A stretch of 64,000 bases of DNA from Candidatus Moraniibacteriota bacterium (GTDB lineage: Bacteria; Patescibacteriota; Minisyncoccia; Moranbacterales; GWC2-37-73), in contig JAAXUC010000003.1 in assembly GCA_013336225.1 (NCBI GenBank), positions 9,564 through 73,563 of the forward strand, written 5' to 3'. Below are positions 37,793 through 46,838 of the stretch, piece after piece. The position numbers were made by a program, and so were the translations under genes. The first letter of the stretch is position 1. Each line of letters starts with the position of its first letter. A model generated the notes under the pieces. That model was given only the letters and a program-made list of their open reading frames with translations. It searched no databases and had not been told where the DNA came from.

Positions 37793-37911
37793 GGTCCTTC
37801 TCCTTGGCATGGGATGTGCCTATTTAAGGCGAAATAGCGTGTAAATGAACAAATCTTAGTATAGCATAAAAAAATCACCATGTCAATAGTGATTTTTGTT
37901 TAAGCCAGGAA

Positions 37912-38307
37912 TCAATTTATGAATCCAAAGTGTTTTAAGGTTGGGATGATGTTTGGTGCAAGGCCTTCTTTTTCCAAATCTTCAAGTGGAATCCATTTCC
38001 ATTCGCGAATATCTTTGCCAGGAGAAACTTCTCCAATACGCTTGGCAAGATAATGCACGAGGATTACATCGATATCTCCATCCTCAGTTTTCTTAATTGT
38101 GTGCAATAAAAATGGAACAGGATTTGCAATTTCAATTTCAATCCCCATTTCTTCTTTAACTTTTTGTCTAGCAGTTTCGATTAGGCTCACTTCATAATTC
38201 TCCATTCTGCCACCGCAGAATTTCCAAAAAGTTGTATCTCCATGTTGATCAAGCAGGACTTTGTTGTTTTCAATAATTACTGGCCCTGACGCAATTATAA
38301 CTTTCAT
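37912..38307 (-). CDS. NUDIX hydrolase
   Basis: WKFCGG..E......ETARQKVKEEMG, a degenerate Nudix box. Confidence 0.8.
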   Translation of the reverse strand: MKVIIASGPVIIENNKVLLDQHGDTTFWKFCGGRMENYEVSLIETARQKVKEEMGIEIEIANPVPFLLHTIKKTEDGDIDVILVHYLAKRIGEVSPGKDIREWKWIPLEDLEKEGLAPNIIPTLKHFGFIN

Positions 38308-38406
38308 AATGATGAATATTAAATATTTAAGTTTAAGATGTATTTATACGAAATACAAAATACGAGATACAAAATACATTATACTTTCTTTATTTATATC
38401 ACGAAA

Positions 38407-40011
38407 CTATAAACTCTTCACCATATAGCTGTCGCGCAAACGATATCCACTCTTTTTGTAATAACCTCTCACGCCGATTCCTGAAATTACTACAATCTTC
38501 TTTAAACCAAATTCTTCTTTGGCAATTCTTTCAGCTTCAAGCAGAAGTTTTTTGCCAAAACCGATGTGCTGCGGAGAAGAATTGTCTTGCTTGTCTATCT
38601 GGGTCAATTTTCCATAGGTGTGAACTTCTCGAATGAGGGCTGCATTTTTAAGGACGGGCAAAAAATGCTCTTTGCTGTTGTTTGGAATTCGCAGACGCAG
38701 CAGTGCAAACAATTTTTTCTTATCGGGCGAAACGTATTGCAAGAATATTTCTTGGCCATCTGAGGCAGTATAATCAATGCGATCCAGGATCACTTTTTCT
38801 GCAGCAATAAAACCTCCTCCAACTTCGCGACAGCGAATGCAGGGACAGTTGGATTGGGGGATGATGATTTGGCGCAGATTTGAAATGGTTGGTCCAGCGA
38901 CAATGGATTGAGTTGGAACGTCGCGAATGAGGCGGGCGATGCGGACGTAGGGCACGATAGCTTCATTCTTTATCTTCACTACCAGCTTCTCAAAGGTCTT
39001 ATTTGTCAGTGGGACGTATTTTCCTTGTTTCCACGTCTGGTAGAGCACACTGTTTTTTAAAACGACTGTAGGGTATATTTTGAGCATGTCAGGCTGAAAT
39101 TCAGGGCCTTTAAAAAGGGCTTGAAACATCTTGAAATCGCGCGCAGGGGTTGATCCTGGCAATCCTGGCATCATGTGATAGTTGATCTTGAAACCAGCAT
39201 CCTTGAGCAGCTTGGTGGCTCGGATAGTTTCAGCGACCAGATGCCCGCGCTTGTTCAATTCGAGCACATCGTCATAGAGGCTTTGCACGCCAAGTTCAAC
39301 TCGCGTGCAGCCCAAATTCCTGAAATTAATGATTTCTTTCTCATCGATATAATCTGGACGTGTTTCCAGGGTGAGTCCAATAATTCGGTGCTCTGCAGTT
39401 TCATTTTTCTTCTGTTCAAATGCCAATTTTTCCTGCGGAGACTTGATAAACTTTGCAACTTGATGGACTTTATGAACTTTTCCGTATTCGTTTGCTGCCT
39501 GAAAACAACGGGTGATGAATTTTTTTTGATAGGCTTTTGGCAAGAATGAAAAAGTTCCACCCATTACAATGAGTTCGATTTTGTCAGTTTTGTGTCCATT
39601 GATTTCCAATGAACGCAAACGATTTTGCATTTGCAAATATGGATCAAAATGTGAGTCGATCGCGCGCATCACCGCAGGCTCATTGGAAAGATAGCTTTTG
39701 GGCATATCTTTTTCACTGGGACAATAGATGCATTCTCCTGGACATGGATATGATTTGGTGAGCACTGCCACCACGGCCACGCCAGATTGAGTTCGAATGG
39801 CGCGACTAAGTAGGATTGCCTCAAAAGCTTTATTAGAAGCAACTTTCTTTTCTTTGACGAGCATATTATAGCGATCGCGCATGTCAGCATTGGTGGGAAG
39901 TGGAAGTTTATACTGCTTTGAAAGTTTTTTCTTGAGCTTTGAAAACTCTTCCTGGGTTTTAGGAAGCTCCGCAATTGCGCTTATTATATATTTATCGTAA
40001 AGTGAGTTCAT
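38407..40011 (-). CDS. elp3: tRNA U34 carboxymethyltransferase Elp3 (radical SAM + KAT domain)
   Basis: CPGECIYCP, ELIVMGGTF, ETRPD, ELGVQS, HMMPGLP, KIYPT, CIRCREV, REVHTYG, QHIGFG, SGIGVRGYY; probable start at ATG 40011. Confidence 0.92.
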   Translation of the reverse strand: MNSLYDKYIISAIAELPKTQEEFSKLKKKLSKQYKLPLPTNADMRDRYNMLVKEKKVASNKAFEAILLSRAIRTQSGVAVVAVLTKSYPCPGECIYCPSEKDMPKSYLSNEPAVMRAIDSHFDPYLQMQNRLRSLEINGHKTDKIELIVMGGTFSFLPKAYQKKFITRCFQAANEYGKVHKVHQVAKFIKSPQEKLAFEQKKNETAEHRIIGLTLETRPDYIDEKEIINFRNLGCTRVELGVQSLYDDVLELNKRGHLVAETIRATKLLKDAGFKINYHMMPGLPGSTPARDFKMFQALFKGPEFQPDMLKIYPTVVLKNSVLYQTWKQGKYVPLTNKTFEKLVVKIKNEAIVPYVRIARLIRDVPTQSIVAGPTISNLRQIIIPQSNCPCIRCREVGGGFIAAEKVILDRIDYTASDGQEIFLQYVSPDKKKLFALLRLRIPNNSKEHFLPVLKNAALIREVHTYGKLTQIDKQDNSSPQHIGFGKKLLLEAERIAKEEFGLKKIVVISGIGVRGYYKKSGYRLRDSYMVKSL

Positions 40012-40025
40012 AGTATTTTTGTGGG

Positions 40026-40150
40026 AAAATTTTGAATTTCGAATAAAATCTGAATGATTTAATATTTGAAGCATTAATACATTATAAATTTAATCAAAAT
40101 TTTTGCTTCAAGCTTATCCCTTGGGGATAAAATTAAAAATTGGAAATTAG
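40026..40150. repeat. Heptamer-repeat element occupying the elp3/methyltransferase divergent intergenic region
   Basis: Aligns with 14503..14612; carries a nested aagcttatcccttggggataa palindrome. Confidence 0.65.
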
Positions 40151-40159
40151 AGTTAATTT

Positions 40160-40918
40160 ATGAATCAGAAAACTGCAAATAAAATACTGTTAGAAACTGA
40201 GCAAGGTTATGATGATATTTCACAAAAATTCTCGCAGACGAGAAAGCATTTTTGGCGCGAGCTGGAATCTATAAAAGATTTTTGCGTCGAAAATGACAAG
40301 GTGTTGGATTTTGGCTGTGGTAATGGTCGGCTGCTGGATTTGCTTGCAGAAAAAAAAATCAATTATTGGGGCGTGGATGTTTCTGAAAAGCTGGTTGAAA
40401 TCGCCAAAGATAGGCATCAAAAGGACAATGTTGTTTTTGGAAAAATCAACCCCAGTCAAACAAGTCTAGCATTTGAAGCGGGATTTTTCAATACCATTTA
40501 TAGTATTGCTGTTTTTCATCATTTTCCTTCTGAAAAATATCGCCAAGAGGTGGCAAGTGAACTTTTTGAAAAAACAAAAAGTGGAGGGCGCGTGGTGATC
40601 ACGGTTTGGTATCTTTGGCAGAAAAAATATTTCAAAAATATTTTGCAAAATTGGAAAACTAAATTTTTTGAAACATTTATTTGCATGTCCAGCTTTCGTA
40701 GTGCTGGTTCACGACACGATAGTGGAGCGAAGAACTTGGATTGGAATGATTGCATGATTTCTTTTACGGATAATGAGGGAAGAAAATTTCAGCGCTTCCA
40801 CCATGCCTTCACTAAAAGGGAGTTGAAAAAACTTTTCAAAAATGCAGGTTTTGAAATCGAGAAATGTGAAATTGTTGAAGGGAGAAATATCATGCTGGTG
40901 GGCAAGAAAAAAGAATAA
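40160..40918 (+). CDS. Class I SAM methyltransferase, Trm9/ALKBH8-MTase-like
   Basis: YDDISQKFSQTRKHFW, VLDFGCGNGR, SIAVFHH, GGRVVITVW, RFHHAF...EL. Confidence 0.8.
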   Translation: MNQKTANKILLETEQGYDDISQKFSQTRKHFWRELESIKDFCVENDKVLDFGCGNGRLLDLLAEKKINYWGVDVSEKLVEIAKDRHQKDNVVFGKINPSQTSLAFEAGFFNTIYSIAVFHHFPSEKYRQEVASELFEKTKSGGRVVITVWYLWQKKYFKNILQNWKTKFFETFICMSSFRSAGSRHDSGAKNLDWNDCMISFTDNEGRKFQRFHHAFTKRELKKLFKNAGFEIEKCEIVEGRNIMLVGKKKE

Positions 40919-40966
40919 GACTATTGTCTTATCCTTTTGTGTTTTTTTAACATTGTTTTCCTTTTG

Positions 40967-41284
40967 TTAAATGAGTGGTGTGGAATTTTTTCCTAGGAGT
41001 ATTGCGGCTTTGCGAATTCCGCATTGCAACTTTTCAAACAAGGTTTTTGCATGAACATTTCGCAAGGCGCGGGGAATAAAATTTCTAAGTGCTGCTCTTT
41101 GCGGTTCACGCAGGGAATCGGTACAGGCGAAATTCAAAATTTTGTGATGAACATTCCCACAGAGGCATCTCACGATCAAAGTGTGCTTGAGTCGATTGAA
41201 TGGTTCAATATGAGCGTTGTCATCCGTGAGTAAAATCTTCTGGTTGGTTTGTGGGCAAACAATGGTAATGTTTGAATTCAACAT
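40967..41284 (-). CDS. Hypothetical protein with Cys/His cluster
   Basis: AAGGAGG SD; CPQT...CLCGNVH. Confidence 0.6.
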   Translation of the reverse strand: MLNSNITIVCPQTNQKILLTDDNAHIEPFNRLKHTLIVRCLCGNVHHKILNFACTDSLREPQRAALRNFIPRALRNVHAKTLFEKLQCGIRKAAILLGKNSTPLI

Positions 41285-41308
41285 TTTCCACCTCCTTTTT
41301 CATGGATA

Positions 41309-41548
41309 TTAATCATTTATTAAAACTCGCGTGACCACTTTCTGGGATATTTTTTCCAAATCTTCCTTTGTTTGGTGGGCTGGTTTTTGTGGGAATAGTT
41401 CATGTCTTTTTTGCCAGAGAGACCAGAAGAGGATCGCGGCACATAAAATGAAGAAAAAGAGAAGCAGGCTGCCAAGCATTCGCATTAGTTGACTTGTGTT
41501 TTCAAAGATCTGAATCGTGCTTAGTGCAGCTTGCGTAGTATCTTGCAT
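41309..41548 (-). CDS. Small hypothetical single-TM protein
   Basis: AAGGAGG SD; hydrophobic stretch LLLFFFILCAAILFWSLW. Confidence 0.6.
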   Translation of the reverse strand: MQDTTQAALSTIQIFENTSQLMRMLGSLLLFFFILCAAILFWSLWQKRHELFPQKPAHQTKEDLEKISQKVVTRVLIND

Positions 41549-41659
41549 GGTCTGTTTCCTCCTTTTGATTTTTCCTTAAATTAACAGTATACTTTGATTA
41601 AGTCAATGAATTGTTTTCGGCAAACGCGTGAGTATTGAATTAGTAAATAAAAACAATAT

Positions 41660-42472
41660 ATGACAATTTTTCAAGCAATTTTCTTGGGAGTCTTGCAGGG
41701 GTTGGGGGAATTTTTGCCAATCTCATCCACGGCACATTTGATTTTGCTGCCCTGGTTTTTTGGTTGGGATGATCCTGGCCTTTCTTTTGATGTGGCTTTG
41801 CATGTCGGAACTTTGGTTGCAGTGGTGGCATTTTTTTGGCGCGACTGGCTTACTATTTTTCAGCTTTCGCTTCAAAAAATTTCAAATTTCAAATTTCAAA
41901 TTTCAAATTCTGAGGCGTACCCGCCTCAGTTGCTCTGGCTCTTGGTTATTGCCTCGGTGCCTGGGGCAATTTTTGGATTCATGCTGGACAATAAAGCGGA
42001 GGAAGCTTTTCGTAGTCCATTGCTGGTTGCATTTACACTTAGTGTGGTTGGTCTCGTTTTGTTTTTGGTTGATAAATATGCCATACATCGCAAGGAAATT
42101 GGAGCCATCACCAAAAAGGATGCACTTTTGATTGGTTTGTCACAAGCAATTGCCATTATTCCAGGCGTGTCACGTTCTGGCGCAACCATGACAACTGGAC
42201 TTTTCTTAGGTTTGTCGCGCGAGCAAGCCGCGCGTTTTTCTTTCTTGCTTTCTACCCCGATCATTTTTGGGGCAGCGATAGTGAAAGTACCTCAGCTATT
42301 CAGGGCTGGAATTACCATGCCGCTATTGTTTGGAATCCTGGCTGCCGCCATCAGTGGCTATTTCGCCATTAAATATATGTTGAAATTTATTGCGAAAGTT
42401 GGATACGCACCTTTCTTTTACTACAGAATTGTTTTGGCTGGCTTAATTGTATTGGTGTATTTCATGAAATAA
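41660..42472 (+). CDS. uppP: Undecaprenyl-diphosphatase
   Basis: QGLGEFLPISSTAHL, LHVGTL, PGVSRSGAT, AARFSFLL. Confidence 0.93.
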   Translation: MTIFQAIFLGVLQGLGEFLPISSTAHLILLPWFFGWDDPGLSFDVALHVGTLVAVVAFFWRDWLTIFQLSLQKISNFKFQISNSEAYPPQLLWLLVIASVPGAIFGFMLDNKAEEAFRSPLLVAFTLSVVGLVLFLVDKYAIHRKEIGAITKKDALLIGLSQAIAIIPGVSRSGATMTTGLFLGLSREQAARFSFLLSTPIIFGAAIVKVPQLFRAGITMPLLFGILAAAISGYFAIKYMLKFIAKVGYAPFFYYRIVLAGLIVLVYFMK

Positions 42473-42488
42473 ATAAGGACGGTGATAT

Positions 42489-42531
42489 TTGACAAAAAAA
42501 GTATTTATGGTATTATACCCCCAGAGGGTAT
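42489..42531 (+). promoter_or_regulatory. sigma70 promoter overlapped by a CsoR/CstR-type operator
   Basis: TTGACA at 42489, TATTAT at 42511; ATACCC-ccaga-GGGTAT at 42515..42531. Confidence 0.7.
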
Positions 42532-42588
42532 GTGTCAAGATTCAAGATCTAAAATCCAAATTACAAAATAAATTTTAATTTTAAAAAT

Positions 42589-42795
42589 ATGAAAAATGTT
42601 GGAATATGGGATGGCCTGATTCGTTTTATTGCAGCGTTGGCCTTTATGGCTGTGGGTAGCTTTTATGTTGACGGATATTTTCGGCTGGCACTATATGTAT
42701 TAAGCTTGGCAATGGTCGTATCTTCAACTTCCGGCTCATGCTTGGCATATAGGTTTTTAAATATTGATACTAGAGGAGAAAAGAGTAAATCCTAA
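42589..42795 (+). CDS. DUF2892 (YgaP-like) membrane protein
   Basis: MKNVG..D..IR, two TM helices, GSCLAY..L.I.T. Confidence 0.8.
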   Translation: MKNVGIWDGLIRFIAALAFMAVGSFYVDGYFRLALYVLSLAMVVSSTSGSCLAYRFLNIDTRGEKSKS

Positions 42796-42804
42796 GATAT
42801 AAAT

Positions 42805-43059
42805 ATGGCTAAAGATTTAAAAAAAACCACGGAAAAAATTGTGAACAGAATTTCTCGCATCGAAGGTCAGATGAGAGGACTTCGTTTGATGGTGGAGGAA
42901 AAAAAGGAATGCAGTCAGATCATCAATCAAGTGCTGGCAGTCAGGGAAGCTGTGGCATCATTGGGAGCTGAGATCTTGCAGGAAAGTTTGGTTTGCAGAA
43001 TTTCCGAGAAAAAGAAACTGGATGAAAAACAAATCAGAGCACTTATTAAAATGCAGTAA
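42805..43059 (+). CDS. CsoR/RcnR/CstR family transcriptional repressor
   Basis: NRISRIEGQMRGL..MVEE..ECSQII.Q..A. Confidence 0.88.
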   Translation: MAKDLKKTTEKIVNRISRIEGQMRGLRLMVEEKKECSQIINQVLAVREAVASLGAEILQESLVCRISEKKKLDEKQIRALIKMQ

Positions 43060-43159
43060 CATTTTCAGATAAATTTATTATTATTAAATTAACGAATTAT
43101 GAATTAACGAATTCTAAATCCGTTAATCCGTTAATGCGTTAATAAGTAATTTGGCAATT

Positions 43160-44074
43160 ATGATTTACGATCTTGCGATTATCGGCGCTGGTCCTGCTGG
43201 ACTTTCTGCTTCAGTGTATGCTTCACGCTATGGCATTAAAAATGTTGTTATTGGTGGCGTGGCTGGGGGGCTAACCACTCAAACTCATGAAATTGGCAAT
43301 TGGCTTGGGACACAAAAAATCAAAGGCTATGAATTTGCTATGGCTTCTAGTGAGCACGTTAAAAGTTATGGCACTGAAATAATCACAACTCTTGTTGATG
43401 AAATAAGGAAAGGCGACAAAGTTTTCACTTTAATGTTGAGCGATGGAAAAAAGATAGAAGCGAAAACTGTCTTGCTTGCGATGGGGACCAAGCACAGACA
43501 TCTTGGAGTGCCTGGCGAAAAAGAATTTGCAGGCAAGGGTGTTTCATATTGCGCAACTTGCGACGGATTTTTTTATCGCGGCAAGACGGTGGCAGTGGTT
43601 GGCGGCAATGATAGCGCAGCAGGAGCAGCAGTTTTTTTGGGGGATATTGCTGAGAAGGTGTATATGATTTATCGCGGAGAAAAATTGCGCTGCGAATCTT
43701 TTTGGGGGGAAGCAATTGCCAAGAATCCCAAAATTGAAAGTGTCTTCATGACCAACATTAAAGAAATCAGGGGGAACGAAAAAGTGGAAGAGCTGCTTTT
43801 GGACGCACCATATCAAGGAAACGATGTTTTGAAAGTGGATGGAGTTTTTGCAGAAATTGGCTCAGTGCCAGTGACTGATCTCGTTAAAGGCTTAGACATT
43901 GAAATTGATCAAGAAGGATATATTAAAATTGATCCCACTGGGAGAACTGGCGAAAAAGGAATTTGGGCAGCGGGGGATATCACGAATGGCTCAGATCAAT
44001 TCAAGCAAATCGTCACTGCCGCTTCAGAGGGTGCAATTGCCGCACATAGCATTCAGAAATATTTAAAAAAATAG
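43160..44074 (+). CDS. trxB: Thioredoxin reductase-like FAD/NAD(P) oxidoreductase
   Basis: IIGAGPAG, GVSYCATCDG, VVGG, AAGD, TAASEGAIAA. Confidence 0.88.
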   Translation: MIYDLAIIGAGPAGLSASVYASRYGIKNVVIGGVAGGLTTQTHEIGNWLGTQKIKGYEFAMASSEHVKSYGTEIITTLVDEIRKGDKVFTLMLSDGKKIEAKTVLLAMGTKHRHLGVPGEKEFAGKGVSYCATCDGFFYRGKTVAVVGGNDSAAGAAVFLGDIAEKVYMIYRGEKLRCESFWGEAIAKNPKIESVFMTNIKEIRGNEKVEELLLDAPYQGNDVLKVDGVFAEIGSVPVTDLVKGLDIEIDQEGYIKIDPTGRTGEKGIWAAGDITNGSDQFKQIVTAASEGAIAAHSIQKYLKK

Positions 44075-44089
44075 TTTCTAGATATTTTT

Positions 44090-44128
44090 AGAGCCCGACG
44101 AATTTTTTCGTCGGGCTCTGTTTTTTTG
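44090..44128. terminator. Intrinsic terminator
   Basis: agagcccgacgaa-tttt-ttcgtcgggctct followed by a T run. Confidence 0.75.
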
Positions 44129-44134
44129 CTGTTA

Positions 44135-44488
44135 TTATGAGTCTGATATTATTCCAGGAAATGCAAGTTCTGGATGTGGATTGCCTGGCCTCTGGCGTTT
44201 CCATGCTCGAACTTCTTCTGGAGTTGTTGGAAGATCTGCAAAATTATTTTTTGCAGCAATGACTTCTGCCATGTTGCGTGGACCAATTGCTTCATCAGCC
44301 TCTCTGCGGATTATCGCCGCTGATAATTGCGTTGCAATGGATGCGGACAAATGAAGTTTTTTTTCGTCATTTTTCATGATTACACCGTCCAGTGTTGTAG
44401 TTTTTTCTAACATTTCCAGTAGTTAAAACATGATTCCCAAACATCTTCCTGTCTGATTTTTAAAGAATTTTGGTGCTTGTATTAACAT
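44135..44488 (-). pseudogene. Hypothetical gene: SD-led ATG at 44488 in frame with ORF 44413..44135 but interrupted by TAA at 44425..44423
   Basis: AAGGAGG upstream of 44488; MLIQAPKFFKNQTGRCLGIMF*LLEMLEK... Confidence 0.45.
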
Positions 44489-44667
44489 TTTTACTTCCAC
44501 CTCCTTTTTGTTAGATTGTTAAATTAATAATTTCATATCTACATAGTAGTCTCCTGGCGTCTAATGTCAAATAGTAGAGGTTTCCTTGATAATGGTTTGA
44601 CAAAATCATGCAAAGTGCAAGAATAATTGCATGGAGTAGTTATTTTAATAAAAAAAGGAGGATTATT

Positions 44668-45474
44668 ATGTCTGCAGCGAGATCACTCTCAGTACATAAA
44701 AAGCCATACAAATCAGATTTTCTATGTGAAGTTCTGGTTGTAATTTTTGGCGGACGTCGATCTGTCTCTGAAAACGAAGGCTATTTTTCTTTGCATGTCT
44801 TTGCTGAGCAAAATAAATGGTCCAAAAGGAGGTGCTCTGAAATCATGGAATATCTCTTGAAACGTAAATTTTTCAGAGTATCTGGTGAAAGATTGATTGT
44901 TGCTCAAGCAAAACTGCAATCACTAAATGAACATAGAAAAAATGTTGCTGATTTTAAATCAGAGAGGGTTGAATTAAAAATTTCCAAGGCACGCAAAATT
45001 GATAAGAAGAAAGCAAAATCCCTTGCTGCCAAAGTTGTTTTCGATGAGAATGTTGCGATGATTCTCGTGACCATATTTGGAGAAGACCTCAAGGCTGGCT
45101 TTTCTAATGCCTCAATGCAAACTTGGACTTTTGACCTTATGTGCAGCTTTTGGCATCATGTTAAATGCTGTGTCAATCAACACAGTAGGCAGCCAACGCA
45201 AAAGCAAGTATCTAATTTTATTGAAAAAATGAAAAAAGTTGGACTTATTGAGGAACGAGTTGAGAATCAGAAAACATTTGTCTGTTTGACGCAAAAAGGA
45301 GCTGTTTATTGTGGCTTACAAGCTGATGATTGTAAGGTAAATAAACTCAGTAAACATGATAAATTCTCGAGACAACTTGATATTATCAAGGGTGATGTTT
45401 GTAGTGGTGTGAATGGCTTGCGTTCTTTGAAAAAACAAGTTAAGCGCCTATCTGAATGTGGTGTGCTTGATTAA
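44668..45474 (+). CDS. Hypothetical basic protein, possibly with winged-helix segments
   Basis: AAGGAGG SD; FIEKMKKVGLIEE....VCLTQKG resembles a wHTH wing. Confidence 0.55.
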   Translation: MSAARSLSVHKKPYKSDFLCEVLVVIFGGRRSVSENEGYFSLHVFAEQNKWSKRRCSEIMEYLLKRKFFRVSGERLIVAQAKLQSLNEHRKNVADFKSERVELKISKARKIDKKKAKSLAAKVVFDENVAMILVTIFGEDLKAGFSNASMQTWTFDLMCSFWHHVKCCVNQHSRQPTQKQVSNFIEKMKKVGLIEERVENQKTFVCLTQKGAVYCGLQADDCKVNKLSKHDKFSRQLDIIKGDVCSGVNGLRSLKKQVKRLSECGVLD

Positions 45475-45576
45475 TGCAATAAAGTTGTGAGACATCCCTA
45501 TAGCCCCGAAAAGAAGTAATTTCTTTCGGGGCTTTTGATAACAAAAAATCCCCAGAGGGATTTTTTGTTATGAATG

Positions 45577-45650
45577 TGGGCTTATCAAGATTCGAACTTG
45601 AGACCTCGTCATTATCAGTGACGCGCTCTAACCAGCTGAGCTATAAGCCC
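45577..45650 (-). tRNA. tRNA-Ile (GAU), CCA not encoded
   Basis: GGGCTTA acceptor stem, TAGCTCAGCTGGTTAGAGC D arm, CGTCA-CTGATAA-TGACG anticodon arm, GTTCGAAT T loop. Confidence 0.95.
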
Positions 45651-45675
45651 ATATTTTTACTTAATATGGATCTTG

Positions 45676-45748
45676 TGGACCGGACAGGACTTGAACCCGC
45701 TACCTCCTCAGTGCAAGTGAGGCGCTCTACCAGGTGAGCTACCGGCCC
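45676..45748 (-). tRNA. tRNA-Ala (UGC), CCA not encoded
   Basis: GGGCCGG/CCGGTCC stem with G3:U70, CCTCA-CTTGCAC-TGAGG anticodon arm, GTTCAAG T loop. Confidence 0.95.
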
Positions 45749-45760
45749 ATATTATGCTTT

Positions 45761-45837
45761 GGATTTGAACCTGCACCTCCTCAGTGTAAGAGATTGAGAA
45801 TAAGCGAGCAATCTCCACTCTGGTGAGCTACTGGCCC
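45761..45837 (-). pseudogene. Degenerate tandem copy of tRNA-Ala with internal hairpin insertion
   Basis: GGGCCAGTAGCTCACC...CTTACACTGAGGAGGTGCAGGTTCAA matches tRNA-Ala; no 3' acceptor strand. Confidence 0.7.
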
Positions 45838-46049
45838 ATAATATTGCAAAAATGGACAACTAGAACTATTATACAGGAAAGATTTATTTTGTCTATACCT
45901 GAAAAAATACCGCAGGTAAGCATCATTTGATTGAATCATGATTTTTGTGTCCATCATTGACAAAAAAGGCTTGATGGTGTATGTTTAATTCATAAAGAAG
46001 CCCCCAGGGCTTTTTAAAAAACCCAAATTTTCATAACAATAAACAACAT

Positions 46050-46235
46050 ATGAATAAAGTTATACAGTTTTTCCTTGAGGCTAAGGCAGAAATGCTGAAA
46101 GTTAATTGGCCCACCAGGAAACAAACTGCAAATTACACCTTGTTGGTGGTTGCTGTTAGCATCGTTGTGGCAGGTTTTCTCGGAGGATTAGACTGGGTCT
46201 TTAGCTACATTTTGAAAACATTTATTATCAAATAG
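46050..46235 (+). CDS. secE: Preprotein translocase subunit SecE
   Basis: EMLKVNWPTR, one TM helix, upstream of nusG. Confidence 0.93.
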   Translation: MNKVIQFFLEAKAEMLKVNWPTRKQTANYTLLVVAVSIVVAGFLGGLDWVFSYILKTFIIK

Positions 46236-46265
46236 ATTTAAACTTAAACTAAACTAATATATATT

Positions 46266-46811
46266 ATGGCAAAGCAGACACAACATCATGGGCGAGCTTG
46301 GTATGTGATTCACACATATTCTGGTTATGAAGACAATGTTACTCGAAATTTGAAGCAGCGTATTGAATCAATGGATATGCAAGACCTCATCTTTGATGTA
46401 ATGGTGCCAAAGGAAAACAAGATTAAAATCAAGAACGGAAAAAGAACTGTGATTGAGGAAAGAATCTATCCTGGATATGTACTTGTGAATATGGTGGTGA
46501 CGGACGCCTCATGGTATGTGGTGCGAAACACTCCTAATGTAACTGGTTTCATTGGTCTGGGAACAACACCAACTCCAGTTGATCCAAAAGAAATTGAAAT
46601 GCTTAAGAAGAGAATGGGAGTTTCTGAGCCGAAATATAAAATCGATCTTAAGAATGGCGACGCTGTTAAAATCAATGAAGGACCATTTAAAGACTTTGAT
46701 GGAAAGGTTCAAGAGTTTGATGAAGAGAAAGGTAAAGTAAAAGTGTTGGTAACAATTTTTGGAAGAGAAACGCCTGTCGAACTGGATTTCTTGCAAATCA
46801 CTAAGATATAA
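46266..46811 (+). CDS. nusG: Transcription factor NusG
   Basis: WYVIHTYSGYE, PGYVLV, VRNTPNVTGF, IFGRETPVELDF. Confidence 0.97.
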   Translation: MAKQTQHHGRAWYVIHTYSGYEDNVTRNLKQRIESMDMQDLIFDVMVPKENKIKIKNGKRTVIEERIYPGYVLVNMVVTDASWYVVRNTPNVTGFIGLGTTPTPVDPKEIEMLKKRMGVSEPKYKIDLKNGDAVKINEGPFKDFDGKVQEFDEEKGKVKVLVTIFGRETPVELDFLQITKI

Positions 46812-46838
46812 TAATAAGTAACCTAACGAATAAATAAT

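Noticed and set aside
44135-45837. Prophage or integrative element at the tRNA genes
   Set aside because: No integrase or phage genes, and no duplicated tRNA 3' end on the far side of the orphan genes.
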